DNA of 63,804 bases, the filler included, from Octopus bimaculoides (taxonomy: Eukaryota), in the NCBI RefSeq assembly GCF_001194135.2. It is 6 parts of 6 records of this genome, joined end to end, with 100 filler letters (N's around TTAATTAATTAA, not from the genome) between each part and the next. Parts side by side here need not be neighbours in the genome. Positions count along the whole stretch, not along the records: positions 37,878 to 41,195 come from NC_068988.1; positions 41,296 to 51,820 come from NC_068987.1; 4 more parts are not named here. One strand, written 5' to 3'. The position numbers and the translations under genes were made by a program. The notes beneath the pieces are model-generated. The model saw only the letters and a program-made list of their open reading frames with translations. It was not told the DNA's origin and searched no databases. Within the stretch, counting starts at the first letter, position 1. Each line of letters opens with the position of its first letter. Shown here in pieces: positions 39,041 to 51,920 of this stretch.

Positions 39041-40828
39041 AGAATGGGAGTTTTGCAACAACAGTCAAGACAGTTTTACTATTGATATTATAAGTATAAA
39101 GAGAGATGTTTGCACAATATTTACTCTGTAGCTTATCGAACACTATTACATCATGGTTACCTAGTTTATTTATGTTCCAGATTTATCCCCAAAACTGACA
39201 GTAGGTCATTGTGGGTAAGGGCTTTTATATCCTAAGAGTTAGTCTTTCATACTATGGTATATTATTTGTAGATTTATTGCAAATTTGCAGCAGTTGCACC
39301 TACATTCTAATAATTATTGTGACAATGAAATTTTTTCCTTTCACACATAGTTTGTGTCTAAGGGCAATTAGATTGCGTATTGGTGTCTCTTGTCAACTGT
39401 TTCAATAAACCTTATATAATCTCTCATAAAGTTGCAGCTGCTAATCAGTGAATGTATTATTCAATTTGCATTTAATGAAAGCATCTAATTATCCAATAAT
39501 TTTTCTGAGTCTATCAATATTTAGCTGGAGAGAGGTCATCCTTTTCCATTGTTTACTTCATGTTACTATCGATCTCTGTTACTCCCATCTGTTGATAAAT
39601 GGTAACTGCTGCACAGTATAGCAGAACTTCAATGTCCAAGAGCTGGAATTTTCCATCTCTACAAGTAGTTCCTTAGCTGCTTGGTCAATCATGAATAGTA
39701 CCAGGTCAATAGGTTTTTCTATTGATTTGGTGTCGACATATATCAATATGTATGTATACTGATACTGAAATACACATGCTTGTGCATAAATTCATTTATA
39801 TGTCTGCTTGTATGCACATATGTATGCATGTATGTATGCATACATGTTTGTATATATGTTTATATGCATGTTTCAATGTTTGTATATGTTTGTATAAATG
39901 AATGTATGCATGTGTGAGTGTATGCTTATGTATAATTATTTGTGTAAGCATGTATGTCTATCATGTACATATGAATGCATAAAGATACTACTCTTTTGTG
40001 TTTACATGTGACAAGATTTACAATGATGCATGTGAGTATATAGAAAGACAGGTAACTATGAAGCGAAGTGGGTGAAGATACAGTGAGTGACAAGAGGAGA
40101 GAGAAAGAGAGAGAGAGAGAGAAATGTGTAGTTAAAATTATGGCGATAGAAATGGTGAGGGGTGAGACAAGAATAATAGAAAGCAAAGAATTTATCATAA
40201 TATACATGTGTTTCATAAGTTATTCATACAATTTCATAACATAATATGAGAATGAACCAAGTATATGTATTCATAAATATGAGAGTTGTGTTCATGTGTT
40301 TGCTTATATTGCTGGCTGTAAGTTTATTATAAACAAGATACATACATTTGCCCATACATATCATGCATATACAAGAAATATTTAGAACTAAATTTTACAT
40401 TACATAAATGTTTTCTTTAAACTTGGAACTACAAATATGAATATATACATACATATACATACAAACCACTTATTTTAACATCTTTCAAATATATCGTCAC
40501 TAAATAAAATATATATATTCAGTAAAATGAATAAATGATCAAATTAGGTAAAATTAATTTAAAACTTGAGGAAAAAATTCATTTTAAATATAATAGTGAC
40601 TTGTATACAAATTTTAAGACTTTCAAGAAGAAACAATTATTTCAAATGATAGTGACTCGTTTATATGATATAGTGGGTTAAAAAACTTGTCAATAAGAGA
40701 AAAAATTCCCTCAAGATGGTAACTAAATTCTACAAACAAAAGCTAAGTGAGATAACACATATAATATCAGATGATTGAAATTTTTGGATTATGTACACAA
40801 TGTAGATTTGTGTGGATATGGTCTTTAA

Positions 40829-41049
40829 CACTTTAGCAGTCACATTATTTTGTCAAAAGCACTGTTAATTTATTCTATATTGTTTTGAATTGATCATGCA
40901 TTATCTTGTAGCTTTGAGATTTTGATGAAGTTGCTGTTAATTTTTATAATGACATTAGAGGGTTGATGTGAGAAGCCAGATCTGGCCACTTTGTGCATAA
41001 AACAGGTATACTATTTTGAACAAATATGGTCAGTTAAAATGCCAAAGGA
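40829..41049. mobile_element. piggyBac-like MITE, decayed
   Basis: TTAA at 40825-40828 and 41050-41053 flank CACTTTAGCA...TGCCAAAGGA (decayed CCCTTTAGCA TIR). Confidence 0.5.
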
Positions 41050-41144
41050 TTAAAGAGATATTCCTCAGCTATATTGTTGGTATCCATAATGAGTATGAGC
41101 ATGTGTGTGTGTGTGTGTGTGTAGACACATATTCATATATATAC

Positions 41145-41195
<51 letters not shown>

Positions 41196-41737
41196 NNNNN
41201 NNNNNNNNNNNNNNNNNNNNNNNNNNNNNNNNNNNNNNNTTAATTAATTAANNNNNNNNNNNNNNNNNNNNNNNNNNNNNNNNNNNNNNNNNNNNTATAT
41301 ATAGTCAATTCAAGCAATTCAAATAAAGACAAATCACGTGAGGACGTGCACAAGAAATGTATTAGCTTGACGCTCGGGGAAAGGAGAGAGCTTGAAGTTT
41401 TGAGTATAGCACTTCGTCGGAGAGGAGAAAAGGTAAAGTCTATAGATGGAGAAGAAAAAATCGCCAACGGCACACGTGTAGTTACATTTCACAAGTCTAT
41501 GTATATATACACACACAGAGACGTATTATATGTGCAAAGATACGTATTCATGCATATATAGGCATACATATACGGATGTACATATATGTGCGTGTATATA
41601 TACACCTCTATACACATACAGATACACACACATATACATAGCTACATACACGCACACAGAAACATGAAAGTGTTACCTCAGTACGTTTGCCATACAATGA
41701 CTGACACCAATACAACGGTACAAAATAAAAGTCTATG

Positions 41738-41825
<88 letters not shown>

Positions 41826-42456
41826 GTGAGTTTGACTTACCCGAGGTAAGTTTGGTATATCTGTCTCTCTGAACTGTACAATCCATGTCGGAAGTGTCTG
41901 TGTTTTATCCGAATTTCTCCACTTCATTGTAAAAGTCCGCTGAGAGAGTTTACAAGAGATATCATGTCGCTCTTACTGGACACATTTGATGTAAAAAGAG
42001 AAACGAAATCGTTTCTCTCAAATGCTAGAAAAAGATTGATCGTGAAAGAAAGTGAGAGATAAAGACAGCAAGAGTCAAAGAAAATGGAGTAAAAGAGAGA
42101 GAGGGAAATCAACAAAAACAGAAGAGAGAAGTGTGAGTAAATAAGGAAGTTATAAGATGGTAGTCATGCAGAGTCGAAATCAAAAGTAAAGTAAATTTTT
42201 CATACTAGCTGAATGTTTCCACCGAAACGTAAAACGTCTCTCGCCTCTCCCTCTCTATATATCAACCTACCAACCTAACTACATGCATTCATACATGCAT
42301 ACATACATACATTCATACATACATAGATACATACATATATACATACATGCATACATAGAGACAGACAGGTAGATGGACAGACTGACAGGCAGACAGACGG
42401 ACACACACAGACACACACACAGAGATACACACAGACATAGACACACAGATAGATAA

Positions 42457-42513
<57 letters not shown>

Positions 42514-43339
42514 GAAATACGGAGTTTTATTATACGAACCACGAGAGACACAGGACAAGTTCGGGGAGATATAGAATAACGGCGGCGGCGGCGGCGAATG
42601 AGGAGGAGGAGGAGGAGGAGGAGGAGGAGTTGCCCAATGTTTACAGTTGGCTGTCAGTTGTGATCGAATGGTGGAATGTTAGATGATGGGGGTTAATTGC
42701 ATATTGCAGACTGCATAGCAGTTGATTACGACAATGAAATTAGTCAGATGGTAGTCATTCGTTGGGTAACATAATTAAAGGTTAACAGTTTAAGAAAATA
42801 CAACTAGAGAATGAAACACTTTAAGCTTTGACACCTTTTTATCTCCACAAATATTTTGTAACCTGAAATACAGAGAATGTAAATGTTAAATATAGATACT
42901 ACTTATTATATAACATTTCTGTTGTCGACAGTATGAAATAACCCATACATACGTTGCTAAATCAGTAGAAATTAAATTTCAGCTTCATAATCCTTCTCTT
43001 CCTCCGTTTTCATATATATCCGCTTGATCTACTTTTAATTATTATTTGTTCTTCTTCGGACGACGAAGACTATGTGAAAGTATTCAACAGATATTATTAA
43101 CATCGGTGCGACAACAAAACCAAGCTTCACTCTCCTTAACTTTTTTTATGTTATAAAGACACATCTTTATATGCTCAATGTCGACCCTGAGAACTCTGTA
43201 GCAGATTGGCCTCCATCTAACCACTGAGGCTAGTAGTAGATCATGAAGGGTTTTAATCGAATAGAATCAACCCCAGTACATTGTAAGGTTCTTTATCAGT
43301 CACGTACGACATCTGCTTATGTACATTATTTACATTATT

Positions 43340-43460
43340 TACGTTTGACGGATATTTATCCTCATCTTGTTTGTTGTTAACACAACGTTTCGGCTGATAT
43401 ACCCTCCAGGTTTCATCAGGTGTCGTGGGGGAAATTTCGAGCCTGGATCCTCATTTTTCG
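43340..43460 (-). mobile_element. Penelope-like terminal (pseudo-LTR) fragment carrying a hammerhead
   Basis: Contains the 43379-43424 hammerhead, between a TAAATAATG repeat and (TTA)n plus a gap. Penelope assignment is inferred from the hammerhead type. Confidence 0.5.
43379..43424 (-). ncRNA. Minimal type I hammerhead ribozyme, stem II partly decayed
   Basis: Minus strand GACAC-CTGATGA-AACCTG GAGGGTATAT CAGCC-GAAAC-GTT-GTGTT. Stem I GACAC/GTGTT, palindromic AACGTT stem III, GUU triplet; only CTG/CAG of stem II still pairs. Confidence 0.7.
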
Positions 43461-43461
43461 A

Positions 43462-43507
<46 letters not shown>

Positions 43508-44039
43508 NNNNNNNNNNNNNNNNNNNNNNNNNNNNNNNNNNNNNNNNNNNNNNNNNNNNNNNNNNNNNNNNNNNNNNNNNNNNNNNNNNNNNNNNNNNNN
43601 NNNNNNNNNNNNNNNNNNNNNNNNNNNNNNNNNNNNNNNNNNNNNNNNNNNNNNNNNNNNNNNNNNNNNNNNNNNNNNNNNNNNNNNNNNNNNNNNNNNN
43701 NNNNNNNNNNNNNNNNNNNNNNNNNNNNNNNNNNNNNNNNNNNNNNNNNNNNNNNNNNNNNNNNNNNNNNNNNNNNNNNNNNNNNNNNNNNTATATATAT
43801 ATATATATCTGTGTCTGTGTAAGCGTGTGTGTGTGTTTGAATATGTTTATTTCTGTAAGTGTGTTTGTGTATTAAGGCCTTAGGACAGCGCTGAGTGTCC
43901 TTTCAGAGGGCTTGTTATTTCAGGCTACTTCAATGAGTTCAGCTGAAATGAATACGTGATGAGCGTTGATATTAACTTCTCTCTAGCCAATTGACATAGT
44001 TTAAATATTCTACTGGATCAAGGATCGGGGAGTAGTGCG

Positions 44040-44510
44040 AGAGAAGTGCATGCCATCAAAGTGACACTGGGGTAGAAATACACGAAGCCCAACATACCTA
44101 TCATTACTACTCGTCTGACATGAGTACATCAGGCACATGCATCACAACCATATGTGTGCGATATGAATGATCTCATATCAAATGGTCCCTGAAAAAGGGT
44201 TGTTTAAGGATGTTGAACAAAATTCCAGAAGTGAATTATTCAAACCCCAAAGAATACTTCTCAACACATGACTATGATGCTCCCCAACTACTTCTGCTCG
44301 TGATCAGAGATAAATATAATGTCAGCTACTTACGGACATGCTCAACTGGTTATGGTCAAACAACTGACAAGCAAATCTGTGGTATTGAGCAGAATATATG
44401 CTGTAGCCCATCTTTTATACCAAGACAAGACATGTACATGGTAACACTTCCCACCAGTTAAGATCAGAAACTATGACAGCCAGTGTATGGTATGGCATCA
44501 GGACAGTTTT
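44040..44510 (-). mobile_element. Second copy of the ~560-bp TAA-associated element (internal deletion)
   Basis: Colinear with 24068-24626 (GCCATCAAAGTGAC.CTGGGGTA..AATTATTCAAACCCCAAAGAAT..TGTAGCCCATCTTTT); followed by (TTA)n. Confidence 0.8.
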
Positions 44511-44557
<47 letters not shown>

Positions 44558-44569
44558 CATTATTATTAT

Positions 44570-44623
<54 letters not shown>

Positions 44624-44635
44624 CGTTATATAGTT

Positions 44636-44843
44636 GCTGAGCTGGCAGAACCCTTAGCGCGCCGGACGAAATGATTAGCGGTACTTCGCCCATCGCTACG
44701 TTCTGAGTTCAAATTCCGCCGAGGTCGACTTTGCCTTTCATCCTTTCGGGGTCGATAAATTAAGTACTAGTTGAATACTGGGGTCGATGTAATCGACTCA
44801 TCCCCTTCCCACAAAAGCTGCCCGTGTAGCAAAATTTGAAACC
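44636..44843 (+). mobile_element. SINE family C, well preserved
   Basis: GAGTTCAAATTCCGCCGAGGTCGACTTTGCCTTTCATCCTTTCGGGGTCGATAAATTAAGTAC core; followed by TTA repeats. Confidence 0.85.
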
Positions 44844-44875
44844 GTTATTATTATTATGATTATTATTATTATTAT

Positions 44876-47668
44876 CAGTTTGACTTTTGCTTTGTATTTG
44901 TACAAGTTGGATCCAAGTCTCACCCAGAAACCTCAAGAGACAACAAGTTAGAAGTTCATGTCAGTGTTATGCCTAGGGTGTCATATATTTGGTTTTGTAC
45001 ATAGTATTGTTCTAGAGAATGTTTAAGAAACCATAAGAACATTATGTGTTTGTTTAAAAATTGGAGATTACATAGACAGTATTTTACGTAGGATATGGGC
45101 AGATCCCACGAGATCTATCTTTTGAATTTCTGCCATTTTGGGGGTTTCCTGGTATCTGAGCTAGGTAGCAATCAACCTCTTTTGCTATCATTCCTAGGGC
45201 ACCTATGACAACAGGTATTGGTTTAGTCTTCAGATTTCACATTTTGCCAATTTCTATTTCAAGATCTTTATACTTCCTCAGTTTTTGGTACGTCTTGACA
45301 GATACATTTATATCGACTGGGACAGCCATATCAATGAGGAGGCATGACTTTTTTCTGACAATTTTCATTATAATGTCTGGCCTATTCGCACCTATCACTC
45401 TGTCAGTTTGAATGGTGAAGTTCCAGAGGAGTGAGATGTGATCATTTTCAAGCACTGGAGGTGGTTTGTGTTCCCACCAGCTTTTATCATGGGCCAGATC
45501 CAGGTTTTTGCAAATTACCCAGTGAATATATTGTGCAGCTCTATCAACCTATTGAGATACACTGTAGGCGCAAGAAGACTACACATGGAGACATGATCAA
45601 TGGTTTCATTTTGTTGTTGACATACACGACATGTTGGGCAACTGCTGTTCTTTAAATATGTTGGCCTAGTAGTTTCTTGTAGGTAGGCATTGATCTTGGT
45701 TTGCTATGATAAACCCTTCCGCTTCTGATTTTAAGCCAGACGCAATTAACCATTGATGGGTAAGGGCTTTGTCAACATCGGCATTATTAGCTGTCTTTGG
45801 GTATTTGCCATTGAGAGGTTTTTCTTGCCATTTATCAGTAAGAATATCTAAGGCAGCAGTTTTAGCACGAGTTTTCATACGCTTAACTATTTCTGTGCTT
45901 GTTTCTCGTACGTCTAAGTCTGGAAAATGTTGTATTTGGAATTCACTTTGCCTGTTTTGTCACTGTGTATGATGCTTTCTTGTTTTCATGTTTTGAGACA
46001 AGTTTTAACATCCAGTCCTCAGAGTTTTTCAGGTAGGTGTCTTGGCCAATTGTGGCAATCTTCATTGTTATTTCCAGTTGTAAAAGTCCACAGCCTCCCT
46101 CTTTTCTTGGCAGATAAAGTCGTTCTATATCTGCCTTAGGGTAGTGCATTCTATGCATTGTCAACAATTTTCGTATTTTTCTGTCAAGATTACATATTTC
46201 AGTAATTGACCAGTTAATTATATTGAAATTGGTATGGCTAAAGTATTGATCGCTTCGATCCTGTTTCTTGCATTCAGCTCTGTCTTCAATATTGTTCTCA
46301 CCTTGCGATAACTTTCTCTTCTGATCCTTTCCCTCATCACTGAATGTTTGATTCCATCCCCTTCAAATAACTCTAGGTATTTGTAGCTCTCCGCTGATTC
46401 TAACTCCTTTATGACATTCTGCCGGTCAAGGTTAACGTAAGATGTTTCTTTCATTTTTCCTTTGATAAAGGTAGCTTTTGCACATTTATCAAGGTCAAAT
46501 TGCATCCTGATGTCATCACTGAATTGTTTAACAATCTCTAGTAAGCCGTGTAGTTGTTGGTCATTTTTTGAAAAGAGCTTTAAATCACCCGTGTAAATGA
46601 GATGATTTATATTTTTATCAAACATTTTATAACCGTACTGTACATCATTGAGCAATTTCGAAAGAAGTATTAAGGCTAGATAAAAGAGGAGTGGTAATAG
46701 AGAGTCATCCTGGAAAATGCCACATGAAATTCTTACATATCCAGCATTAAGAGATTCATTGCCACTGTTCAAAGTCAGTGTGGTTCTCTATGATCTCATA
46801 CTTACAGACAAGAAGTTTCGCAAAGTGCTATTTTATACATTTCCAGAAATTTCTTAATCCAGCTATGTGGTAGTCTATCAAAAGCATATTTTATAGTCTA
46901 TCCAGGCTATTGACAAGTTTTCGTATCGTTTGTGACAATCTTGTTGATGAGTAGCTGATCTTTACAACCATACGACCCACATTTACATCCTCTTTGCTCA
47001 TTAGGGAATATTTCACTTTCTATTAAAAAACTATAGGTATATTCAATCAAGACAGATGTTAGCAATTTATACATTGTTGTTAAGCAGGTTATGGATCTAT
47101 AATTTTTTGGTTCATTTTTTTCTTCATTTTTTGGAAGTAGGAATGTTACACCATTAACTAGCCAAGAGGGAATCATATTAGGTTGTTGCAAAACANNNNN
47201 NNNNNGGAATGTTACACCATTAACTAGCCAAGAGGGAATCATATTAGGTTGTTGCAAAACATTGTTGTAAAGTTTTGTTAGCAGTTCATGACTCTCTGGG
47301 AAGGCATTCAACCAGAAGTTAGGAATTTTATCATTTACTGGAGACTTCCATTTGCTTGACATCCTGAGTGCAGATATTATATCTTCTACTTTGACACCTT
47401 CCCACTTTTGCTCCTCTAAGGAGTCTAAGTCTGTAGATATTCTATGAATCCAAGGGGCCATTTCATTCTGTATTTTTTCTTCTGCCCAAATTGTATTCCA
47501 AAATTCCTGTACTTCTTCTTTTGAGGGGACAGACTTTACTATAACTGGTATTTTCACTATATTCCTGTAAAAAAATGTGGAGTTATTTTTGAACATGTTG
47601 TCCTTGAAGAATCTAACGCACTTTTCATACCTTGCTATGCGGGCAGCTTTGAGATGTGTAAACATTGA
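44876..47668 (-). mobile_element. R4/Dong-like LINE, ~2.8 kb 5'-truncated copy (RT, CCHC, RLE, 3' UTR), decayed
   Basis: KSPVNDKIPNFWL, PKNYRSITCLTTMYKLLT, GSYGCKDQLLINK, GIFQDDSLLPLLF, YTGDLKLF, GANRPDII..KYKDLEIE; the 3' end abuts (TTA)n. Confidence 0.9.
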
Positions 47669-47966
47669 GATGTATGTGTAGTCCTATGGGTAAAAAATCT
47701 ATATATGATTGTGTAGACATTCGAGTGTATGCATGACTCAATTTATGTACTAACTATTTTGTTCCATTTATATTTTATAATTTGTAAACTTCCGGTGTTT
47801 GTTTCGCGTTTGTATTTTGCACATGTTTCACTGCATAGGAGAAACTGTTCTTTGTATGGCAGTAAAATTTCGTTTTTGTGATTATTTTCGTTAAAAGATC
47901 GCTTCCTCCAAGTCTTCCACAGCTTCCTTTATCTCATTGCATTGACGTTATTAGATGAGATTGGTT

Positions 47967-48032
<66 letters not shown>

Positions 48033-48036
48033 TTAT

Positions 48037-48248
48037 GTTTGACTTTTGTTTTGCATTTGTACAAGTTGGATCCAAGTCTCACCCAGAAACCTCAAGAGAC
48101 AACAAGTTAGAAGTTCATGTAGGTGTTATGCCTAGGGTACCATATATTTGGATTTGTACAGTTTTGTTCAAGTGAATGTTTAAGAAACCATAAGAAAATT
48201 ATGTGTTTGCTTTAAAATTTGAGATCACATAGACAGTATTTTACGTAG
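48037..48248 (-). mobile_element. 3' UTR of a second copy of the 44876 LINE subfamily (runs into a gap)
   Basis: Near-identical to 44876-45090; preceded on the plus strand by (TTA)n at 47970-48031. Confidence 0.85.
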
Positions 48249-48839
48249 NNNNNNNNNNNNNNNNNNNNNNNNNNNNNNNNNNNNNNNNNNNNNNNNNNNN
48301 NNNNNNNNNNNNNNNNNNNNNNNNNNNNNNNNNNNNNNNNNNNNNNNNNNNNNNNNNNNNNNNNNNNNNNNNNNNNNNNNNNNNNNNNNNNNNNNNNNNN
48401 NNNNNNNNNNNNNNNNNNNNNNNNNNNNNNNNNNNNNNNNNNNNNNNNNNNNNNNNNNNNNNNNNNNNNNNNNNNNNNNNNNNNNNNNNNNNNNNNNNNN
48501 NNNNNNNNNNNNNNNNNNNNNNNNNNNNNNNNNNNNNNNNNNNNNNNNNNNNNNNNNNNNNNNNNNNNNNNNNNNNNNNNNNNNNNNNNNNNNNNNNNNN
48601 NNNNNNNNNNNNNNNNNNNNNNNNNNNNNNNNNNNNNNNNNNNNNNNNNNNNNNNNNNNNNNNNNNNNNNNNNNNNNNNNNNNNNNNNNNNNNNNNNNNN
48701 NNNNNNNNNNNNNNNNNNNNNNNNNNNNNNNNNNNNNNNNNNNNNNNNNNNNNNNNNNNNNNNNNNNNNNNNNNNNNNNNNNNNNNNNNNNNNNNNNNNN
48801 NNNNNNNNNNNNNNNNNNNNNNNNNNNNNNNNNNNNNNA

Positions 48840-49285
48840 CAGTGTCAGATATTCACTATCAGTGAACTAAGGTAACATCTCTTATTTTTCGAGCACCTTC
48901 CGGAATATTCGAGCGGTTCCAAGCAGTGCTGTTTTCTGCAAGTGCTCCACGCTTATTGCATCCTCTATTTGTTCCACGTGCTTTTCGAGATTTTTGCTCA
49001 CTGTTCCCAGGGCTCCGACAATTATTGTTACTACTGCTACCTTTTTCATCGACCACAACTGCTTAACTTCCCAAGCTAACCTGTCATATCTCTTGACTTT
49101 TCTTTCTTCCTTATCGCATACCTTGTTGTCAGCTGGGCATGCTATGTCTATGATCCAGCATAGTTTGATCTCTTTCTGAAATAAGACAATGTCCGGCTTC
49201 CTATTCTCAATCTCGTGTTCGCACTGAATCATAAAATCCCATACGATCTTTGCATTTCTATTTTCGACAATGCCTTCAGATTTGT
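48840..49285 (-). mobile_element. R4/Dong-like LINE RLE fragment
   Basis: ORF 48882-49301: KIVWDFMIQCEHEIENRKPDIVL..CWIIDIACPAD..YDRLAWEVKQLW..LQKTALLGTARIFRKVLEK. Confidence 0.9.
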
Positions 49286-49609
49286 GTATTATAATTATCA
49301 TTATATTACTAAGATGTAGCGGTACTAATACTATATCACTCCAGTACAGAGCAGTTGTGAAAACCTAAAAATGAAAGGGAATAAGAAATTGCCATGAACT
49401 TCATTAGCTTACAACTGCTTCTGCAATAACACGCAATGCACTCATAATTGAATGCTTGCGCACCATCCTCTAGCTTCATCGGGGCTGCTTTAAAAATGAA
49501 GTGAAATTTTAATTGAGAAACATAAAAACATTACCAGCGAAAAAAGTATAAACATATGTCGAAAATGAAGATAAGGGTTTGAGATCCCAAAGGTAGTTTT
49601 TTTTTTCTG

Positions 49610-49805
49610 TTATTTCTTTGACTGCGGCCATGTTAAGGCACTGCTTTGAAGGGCTTTAGTGGAACGAATCGACCCCTGGACTAATTTCTTGAGCCCAGTA
49701 CTTATTCTATCAGTCTATTTTGCCAAACCGCTAGATACGGGGACAACACTGGTTGTCAAGCGGTGATGGGTGGGAGTACAAACATAGACACAGAGACACA
49801 CATAC
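49610..49805 (-). mobile_element. SINE family B, 3' half
   Basis: TTTGACTGCGGCCATG..AATCGACCCC..AGTACTTATTCTATC..GGTTGTCAAGCG. Confidence 0.75.
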
Positions 49806-50821
49806 CTATATATATATATATATNNNNNNNNNNNNNNNNNNNNNNNNNNNNNNNNNNNNNNNNNNNNNNNNNNNNNNNNNNNNNNNNNNNNNNNNNNNNN
49901 NNNNNNNNNNNNNNNNNNNNNNNNNNNNNNNNNNNNNNNNNNNNNNNNNNNNNNNNNNNNNNNNNNNNNNNNNNNNNNNNNNNNNNNNNNNNNNNNNNNN
50001 NNNNNNNNNNNNNNNNNNNNNNNNNNNNNNNNNNNNNNNNNNNNNNNNNNNNNNNNNNNNNNNNNNNNNNNNNNNNNNNNNNNNNNNNNNNNNNNNNNNN
50101 NNNNNNNNNNNNNNNNNNNNNNNNNNNNNNNNNNNNNNNNNNNNNNNNNNNNNNNNNNNNNNNNNNNNNNNNNNNNNNNNNNNNNNNNNNNNNNNNNNNN
50201 NNNNNNNNNNNNNNNNNNNNNNNNNNNNNNNNNNNNNNNNNNNNNNNNNNNNNNNNNNNNNNNNNNNNNNNNNNNNNNNNNNNNNNNNNNNNNNNNNNNN
50301 NNNNNNNNNNNNNNNNNNNNNNNNNNNNNNNNNNNNNNNNNNNNNNNNNNNNNNNNNNNNNNNNNNNNNNNNNNNNNNNNNNNNNNNNNNNNNNNNNNNN
50401 NNNNNNNNNNNNNNNNNNNNNNNNNNNNNNNNNNNNNNNNNNNNNNNNNNNNNNNNNNNNNNNNNNNNNNNNNNNNNNNNNNNNNNNNNNNNNNNNNNNN
50501 NNNNNNNNNNNNNNNNNNNNNNNNNNNNNNNNNNNNNNNNNNNNNNNNNNNNNNNNNNNNNNNNNNNNNNNNNNNNNNNNNNNNNNNNNNNNNNNNNNNN
50601 NNNNNNNNNNNNNNNNNNNNNNNNNNNNNNNNNNNNNNNNNNNNNNNNNNNNNNNNNNNNNNNNNNNNNNNNNNNNNNNNNNNNNNNNNNNNNNNNNNNN
50701 NNNNNNNNNNNNNNNNNNNNNNNNNNNNNNNNNNNNNNNNNNNNNNNNNNNNNNNNNNNNNNNNNNNNNNNNNNNNNNNNNNNNNNNNNNNNNNNNNNNN
50801 NNNNNNNNNNNNNNNNNNNNN

Positions 50822-50866
<45 letters not shown>

Positions 50867-51409
50867 CAGAGAGAGAGAGAGGGGGGAGGTTAAATAGCCT
50901 CATTAAGGTTACAAAATATATCGAATGAATTACTGGTGTGTTGCCTATTATCATTTTCTTTTTGTGTGTGTGTGTGTGTGAATAGTAATATTCATAAAAA
51001 TAAGTATAAATCTTGATTTATAAACATTCAAATTAAACTTCAGGAAATAGAGACTTAGCATTAACATAATTTATTAATTACAAAAATTCAACATGTTCTT
51101 TTACAGCTGTTTCTATTTTGCTCAAAGAATTAAATTCCAATAATTAAAACATTTTTTCGAGCAGAATCTCGTCAGAGGAGTAGAAAAGACATATCTTTAG
51201 GTTATTAGATGTTATTCTTCCAAAACATCTCAACAGACTGAATATCATTTAATTAATAATATTGGTATAGACCTTGGCCCGTGGGCAGTGGATTGTATTA
51301 GAGTAATAATTGGTAAATGAAGGTTAGATAGGGAGTTACAGTAAATAATAGTATTATATGAATGAGAGAATAAATAATCTTATAATTTGTTTTCAAAGAA
51401 TTCATGGAA

Positions 51410-51743
51410 TTAATATGAAAAATAGATAAAATATGAACTAAACATAAATGCAGACATGAACTGCAAGACGCAGAATGTAATATACTGCATAACCCGCACC
51501 ACATGCAAGGAGAATTATATAGGTGAAACTGGAAATTCCTTATGTCAACGAGCCAGAATTCACCGACAACATGTCCGACAGGAGGAACTACGGAAAATTC
51601 CACTGAGTGAACACCTAGGAACATGTGGGGAAGGAAAATTTAAGATCTTTCCCTTCTATAAATGCTCAAGAAACGATACCTCCTTCAGGAAAAATATGGA
51701 GAAATACTTCATAGCAAAATTCTCACCAAAACTGAATGGCTGA
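51410..51743 (+). pseudogene. Penelope-like GIY-YIG endonuclease, C-terminal fragment
   Basis: ORF 51456-51743: NCKTQNVIYCITRTTCKENYIGETGNSLCQRARIHRQH..RKNMEKYFIAKFSPKLN, a canonical VIY..YIGET..R..H..E..LN pattern. Confidence 0.9.
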
Positions 51744-51920
51744 AACATGAAGATCACAACCCATCTAGGATCTTCAACTTTGGAACAACAGACCCTAAAA
51801 AAACGGCAAGAAACCCAGATNNNNNNNNNNNNNNNNNNNNNNNNNNNNNNNNNNNNNNNNNNNNTTAATTAATTAANNNNNNNNNNNNNNNNNNNNNNNN
51901 NNNNNNNNNNNNNNNNNNNN

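Noticed and set aside
42205-42240. CTGAATG..CCGAAACGT, reminiscent of a hammerhead end
   Set aside because: The core is not CTGANGA and no stems are recoverable.
47140-47261. Exact ~55-bp direct repeat around a 10-N gap in the LINE
   Set aside because: Unmerged contig overlap.
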